A stretch of DNA of 64,000 nt, taken from positions 434,001 to 498,000 of the forward strand of contig NW_021826031.1 in assembly GCF_006345805.1 (NCBI RefSeq), written 5' to 3'. A program made the position numbers and the translations under genes. Shown one piece after another: positions 59,378-64,000 of the stretch. The stretch's first letter is position 1; the number at the start of each line of letters is the position of its first letter. Source of the DNA: Octopus sinensis (lineage: Eukaryota). The notes beneath the pieces are model-generated. The model did not search any database. It had not been told where the DNA came from and saw only the letters and a list, made by a program, of their open reading frames with translations.

Positions 59378-62300
59378 ATGCCTAATTTGACTCTTAATGA
59401 AACAAAAATATCATTGACTCTTGAAGAATATAATTTATTACCCATTTCCATAAGGAACAAATTTTCAAATCAATCCGACATCTTCTTGACAATGGAAGAA
59501 AATTTTGATAGTAATCTCATTACTTATTTTTAGAAAAAAATTACCACAATCATGAAGCTGTACAAAAAATTACTTCCGAAAAATTTGAATTGCTTACCAA
59601 ACTTGAAGTATTAGAGAGCGAATGCACGTCGGCCAAAGTAATATCATCCGTTTTATTTTAGTACCAAATTGAACGATACGAGTCTGAGAAATCGAATCTT
59701 CGCTCACAAGTTGACTTTTTCCAGCAAAAGTTATGTGAAATGAGCTCAGAATTGCTGAAATTTCGACAACAGCAGGTATTATATATTTTTATAATGTTTT
59801 TGAACAGAATTCTGATTCTATGAACCTCAGAATTGAATTGGATGATCAAAAGAATCAAGTATCATTTTGTTAAATAAAATTTAAATCAATTAGAACACCT
59901 TGCTTAAACACAATTTGGATGCTGCGACTTCAAAATATCAAGTTCTTGATAAAGCCTATCAGGAGTGTGTGAAGCGGATTTCTGAATCACAGAATTTACA
60001 AAATCAACTTGAAAAAAATTTTCACGAAGAACTTAGTGCTCAGAAAAAATTAACTCAAACATATCAATCATCTGCTTACGATTCTGAACAAAAAAATATA
60101 CAATTGTTTGCAAAAATAACTCAGCAAGAGGCGAACCTCAATTCTCAAATAGAAAGTAAGTCATCTCAAGTTTTTTTAATTTATGTAGAATACAACATAC
60201 TGGAAAACGAGTCTAGCAATCAGATAAAGAATCTTTTACAAAATGAAGAAAAGATGGGTAACTATTTTTTACATAATATTTATTTTTCGTACCAATTTTA
60301 TATATTTTCCTTCATTATATTATGTTTTTACTGTTAATCTTAGCCTTTGAAATATCTCGACTTAATGAAAAACTAAATACAGCTAACGAACTATCTAAAA
60401 AATTAAGTAACGCATATATTATTTAGTTTTTAATAGTTGTCTCGGAAGAAGTTATGGAAAGTCATTATCCAACTGCATTTTCAAGTCTGAACACGATCGG
60501 GTCGTCCGTAACCTTAACTGATGTAAAATTTCTTGATTTATTTTCTAGATTTATTCTGAGCACAATAATTTGAATGAGATATTTATTAAAGAAAGAAATG
60601 ATAATATTAAATTAAAGGATCGTGTTTCTACCCTAATGAATGTTTGCTTGAATATATTTTATTAATTAAAGGAAGTCGAGGAACGTACTCTTCAATATAA
60701 AGAAGTTAAAAGAGAAAATACAAAACTTGTAGAAATGGTAAATACCACTCAGATGAATCTCGAAAATTACATTAGTGTATGAGTAGCATATTTAAATATA
60801 GCAAATTGAGCAAGAGAAAATTAAGTCAAACAATATTTCATTAAAGTGCAATAAAATGAAATCTGAATTTGAACTTTTAAGAGCCGAAAACAGCGATCTT
60901 TCATTACAAGTTTTTCATATTTTGTATAATAAAGGTTCGTATTCTTCTCAAACAAATTCACGAATATCGAGGAGGCGAGGTGGTTGATGATATTGATGAC
61001 AACAAGTCGTTGGATAGCGTTGACTCTGGCACCGTAATCACATCTAATCTCGTTAAATTCAAGTAAATGTTATAAATTATATTTTTTAGAACAATTGAGG
61101 AATTGCAAAAAAGAAATCTGCAGCTATTATCAGTTGTCAGATTTATGTCGACTGAAAATGAAAAGGCTGAAAATATTCAAAATAAAGATAAAATAAATGA
61201 CTACATCGAGCAAAATTCAAAATTAATAAAAACTAACGAAGAGCTGACACTTTTCAGAGCTCGAGACCACGATTTGGTTGATTAAAATTTAATATTTCTT
61301 TAGATCGACGTTATTACAAAACAGCGCGATCTATATCATTCAATGCTTTTGAAATCAGAAAATATTAAAAATTCAACGGTTTAATTGAAATTAAAATTGG
61401 GATTTAGATATCTGACACTATAAACATCCCTCTATCAAGATCAAAAATATCCGAAGTTAGCAACATTCAAGATGAAAATACGAATTCATCCCTTCTGATA
61501 AGTAAAGATGCAACAATTGCAGATTTACAAAATCAACTAGATAATTTATCAGAAAAATTCAAGCTCTATAAGCAAAACAAAAAGGATAATGACATGTATA
61601 TTTTAATTTTTTAAATTTTAGAGTTCTTTTTAACGAGTCTACTAGCTTGCGTGATGAAAATTTGATTCTTAAACAGAGTAACAGTGAATTAGCGTCACAG
61701 GTTGAGGATTTTATGTTATATATATCAGATCGAATTTCAAATGATGCGCTTTTCTACCGTGCAGACTGAAATTAAATCTTATCAGGATGATATAAATGTT
61801 TTAAGACAACAATATAACGAGAAAAGGTCGGAGAATATCATTCTCGAGGAAAAAATATGTAAACTAAACGAGGTTCATATCAATAATGATAATTTATTCA
61901 TTAATAGGATATTTGTATTTTAAAAAAAGAACTTGATAAAGAAAAATTAACTGTTATTTCTGTTAATAACGTGAATGAGGGATTATGTAACAGTAATAAT
62001 AGACTATCATCTGAGAACACATCTCTGAGGGCTCAGCAAAGAGCTTATAATACTATTGCAGATGATATTTTGCATATAAAATCTGCAGTCAATAAGTATT
62101 ACATTTATGGGTATTATCCTTAGAAACGATGATAATGACCGTAAATTTTACGAGAAACGATCGAATGATCTATCCTGCGAGCTTCTTGAATTACGAAATT
62201 CTTTATCAAAACTTGAAAAACAAAGTGCAATTGAAAAATTTGATCTGACAGTATTTTTATAATATTTATCTTTTTAGAATCGTGTTGAAGAATCAGACAA

Positions 62301-64000
62301 AGAACTTATAAAAATCTGTAGTGAATTAGAAATAGCGAAATCTGACATTGTCAAATATCAATCTGAGGTTTTGTAACTTAAAAATATATTTAGATTTCCG
62401 CTCTCCGTATTCGATTTGGTACTGAATGCGACATTGGTTTATTTTTGTGAATTAATTGCAAAATAGGTGAAGTCGAGGAGCAGATGAGAAATGAGAAACT
62501 ACAGATGACTAAAGAATTGAAAGAAATGAATATTGAACTTGACGGTTTGCATTATTTATTTTTAATTGATTAGGGGTTAGATCTATGTTGAACCTATCAG
62601 AACAATCATTACAAGAGTTCAAAGATTTATCAAATAAATATGAATGTGCATTACACGAGCAACTTAAAGTTTGTTAAATTACAATTATTAATTTTTTGAA
62701 ATGTTGCTATTTGTGTTATTTTAGGCTACCAAAATGATGGAAGAAAAATATGAAGTTAAAATGAATACCCTTGTTGCTGGTTGGTTTTATTTAATAATTG
62801 TTTAAGATTTAACCGATGCCAAAAAAGATCTTAAGACTGTTTCAAACGAACTTGAGAAATCACAATTTGAGAAACTACAGAAAGATGATGAAATACTCAA
62901 ATATGTTTGCTTTATCACAATAAACAAAATATATAGAAAAATAAACTCGACGAAATAAAGACTGAATACTCTAGTATTCAACAATTAAAAGAAAAATTAA
63001 CCCTTCAAGAATTTGAAATGGTCAAACTACTTCAATCACGTGATGAAATAATTGCACAAAAACAAGAAAGATATCAAGAAGAAATAAAAAGACACGCAGA
63101 GCACGTAAATGAATTAGATTTGTTAAAAAATGAAGTTATTTTGATTTTAATTATTTTTATAGCTGGAAACTACATTATCAATATGTGCAGATATCATATC
63201 CCAGCTGAATGCAACTAGATTCGATTTCACAGTTATTAATGTTTTTTTATTATTAATTAAATTCTAGACTAAATTTCAAAATTCGGAAAATAATTTCAAG
63301 TCCACAATTGGTGATTTAGAAAATAGAAATTCTGAATTAACTGATATTAATACTTCTTTATTGTTACAATTGGAAGAAGTTTACATAATAGCGAAATGTT
63401 TAGGCTGCTAATCACTATTCGAAGACTAATACCGTAAAAACTTATGATGGAGTTCAGAGTGACGAATTGTTTAACACAGATGTCAGTTCTTCACCTGATA
63501 AATTAATGGAAGTGATCAAGTAAGTAATTCAGTTTTATTTTTTATAAAATTAAATATTTATTTAATTTTCTAGATATTTGAGGAGGAGGAAAGATCTCTT
63601 AACCGCACAGTATGAATTATTATCTTCCGAGAACAATCGAAATGTCACAAACCTCTCTATTGCTAATAAAGAAATTGAATTAGCATATAAAAGAATAGGT
63701 GAATTGACATCAGAAGTTGAGGTTTTCTCTTTTGTGTAATAAACTTTATAGTCAAATTCTCTATATATTTCTGAATTTCTAAAACAAAAGAACGAGACCG
63801 AAGAGTTCAAAAATCTTCGTAGTCGTAACGATATCTTAATTGGTGAAAAGAAAATAACTGAGGATATAATTTCTAATAACAAAAAAGAAGTATTTCTCAA
63901 ATTTTACAGAATTTCGCTTTAGATTGAAAAGTTACAAGCAAATTTACATGAAAAAGAATTACTCTATCATCAGACTTTGGCATTAGTGGAAGCACTCAAA
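59378..64000 (+). CDS. TPR: Nucleoporin TPR/Megator, 5' part, many micro-introns; runs off the window
   Basis: Long heptad coiled coil; FHEELSAQKKLTQTYQSSAYDSEQK, VRILLKQI, VKF.TIEELQKRNLQLLSVVR, ITKQRDLYHSML. Confidence 0.85.

Noticed and set aside
3693-64000. Alternative nuclear genetic code (many in-frame stops)
   Set aside because: Every stop in the conserved genes is removed by a micro-intron; spliced lengths are multiples of three and genes end in standard stops.

Overview
AT-rich eukaryotic DNA from a compact, strongly reduced animal genome. Animal-type genes (FHL x2, geminin, adducin, MEF2) are broken by dense spliceosomal micro-introns, almost all 22-35 nt. A dicyemid mesozoan is the best fit by inference; myxozoans and orthonectids are alternatives. 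By hand splicing I resolved 13 host genes, each giving an open reading frame of sensible length: FEN1, adducin, PSMB6, LIG4, two FHL paralogs, FARSA, MEF2, RPN2, ARL2 (intronless), geminin, ACSS2 and a thioredoxin-fold protein. The 5' part of TPR runs off the window end. The intergenic space is mostly nested transposons: Ginger2-like, Tc1, pogo, hAT (Buster-type and CGGBP-like), Merlin, an IS630-like family with 21-bp terminal arrays, APE-LINEs, RTE-like LINEs, and at least 8 CRE-clade fragments. The best leads are these. (1) A recent composite Merlin element sits inside a coding exon of an otherwise intact ACSS2, and its TIRs supply GT donors and an AG acceptor that would restore the frame. 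(2) An IS630-like family inserts at CTAG in 3 of 3 cases. (3) An FHL cassette duplication is delimited by older direct repeats. (4) LIG4 lacks the XRCC4-binding region and BRCT2. (5) A Ginger-type MITE carries telomere-like repeats. All identifications come from recognising motifs by eye; no database searches were run.
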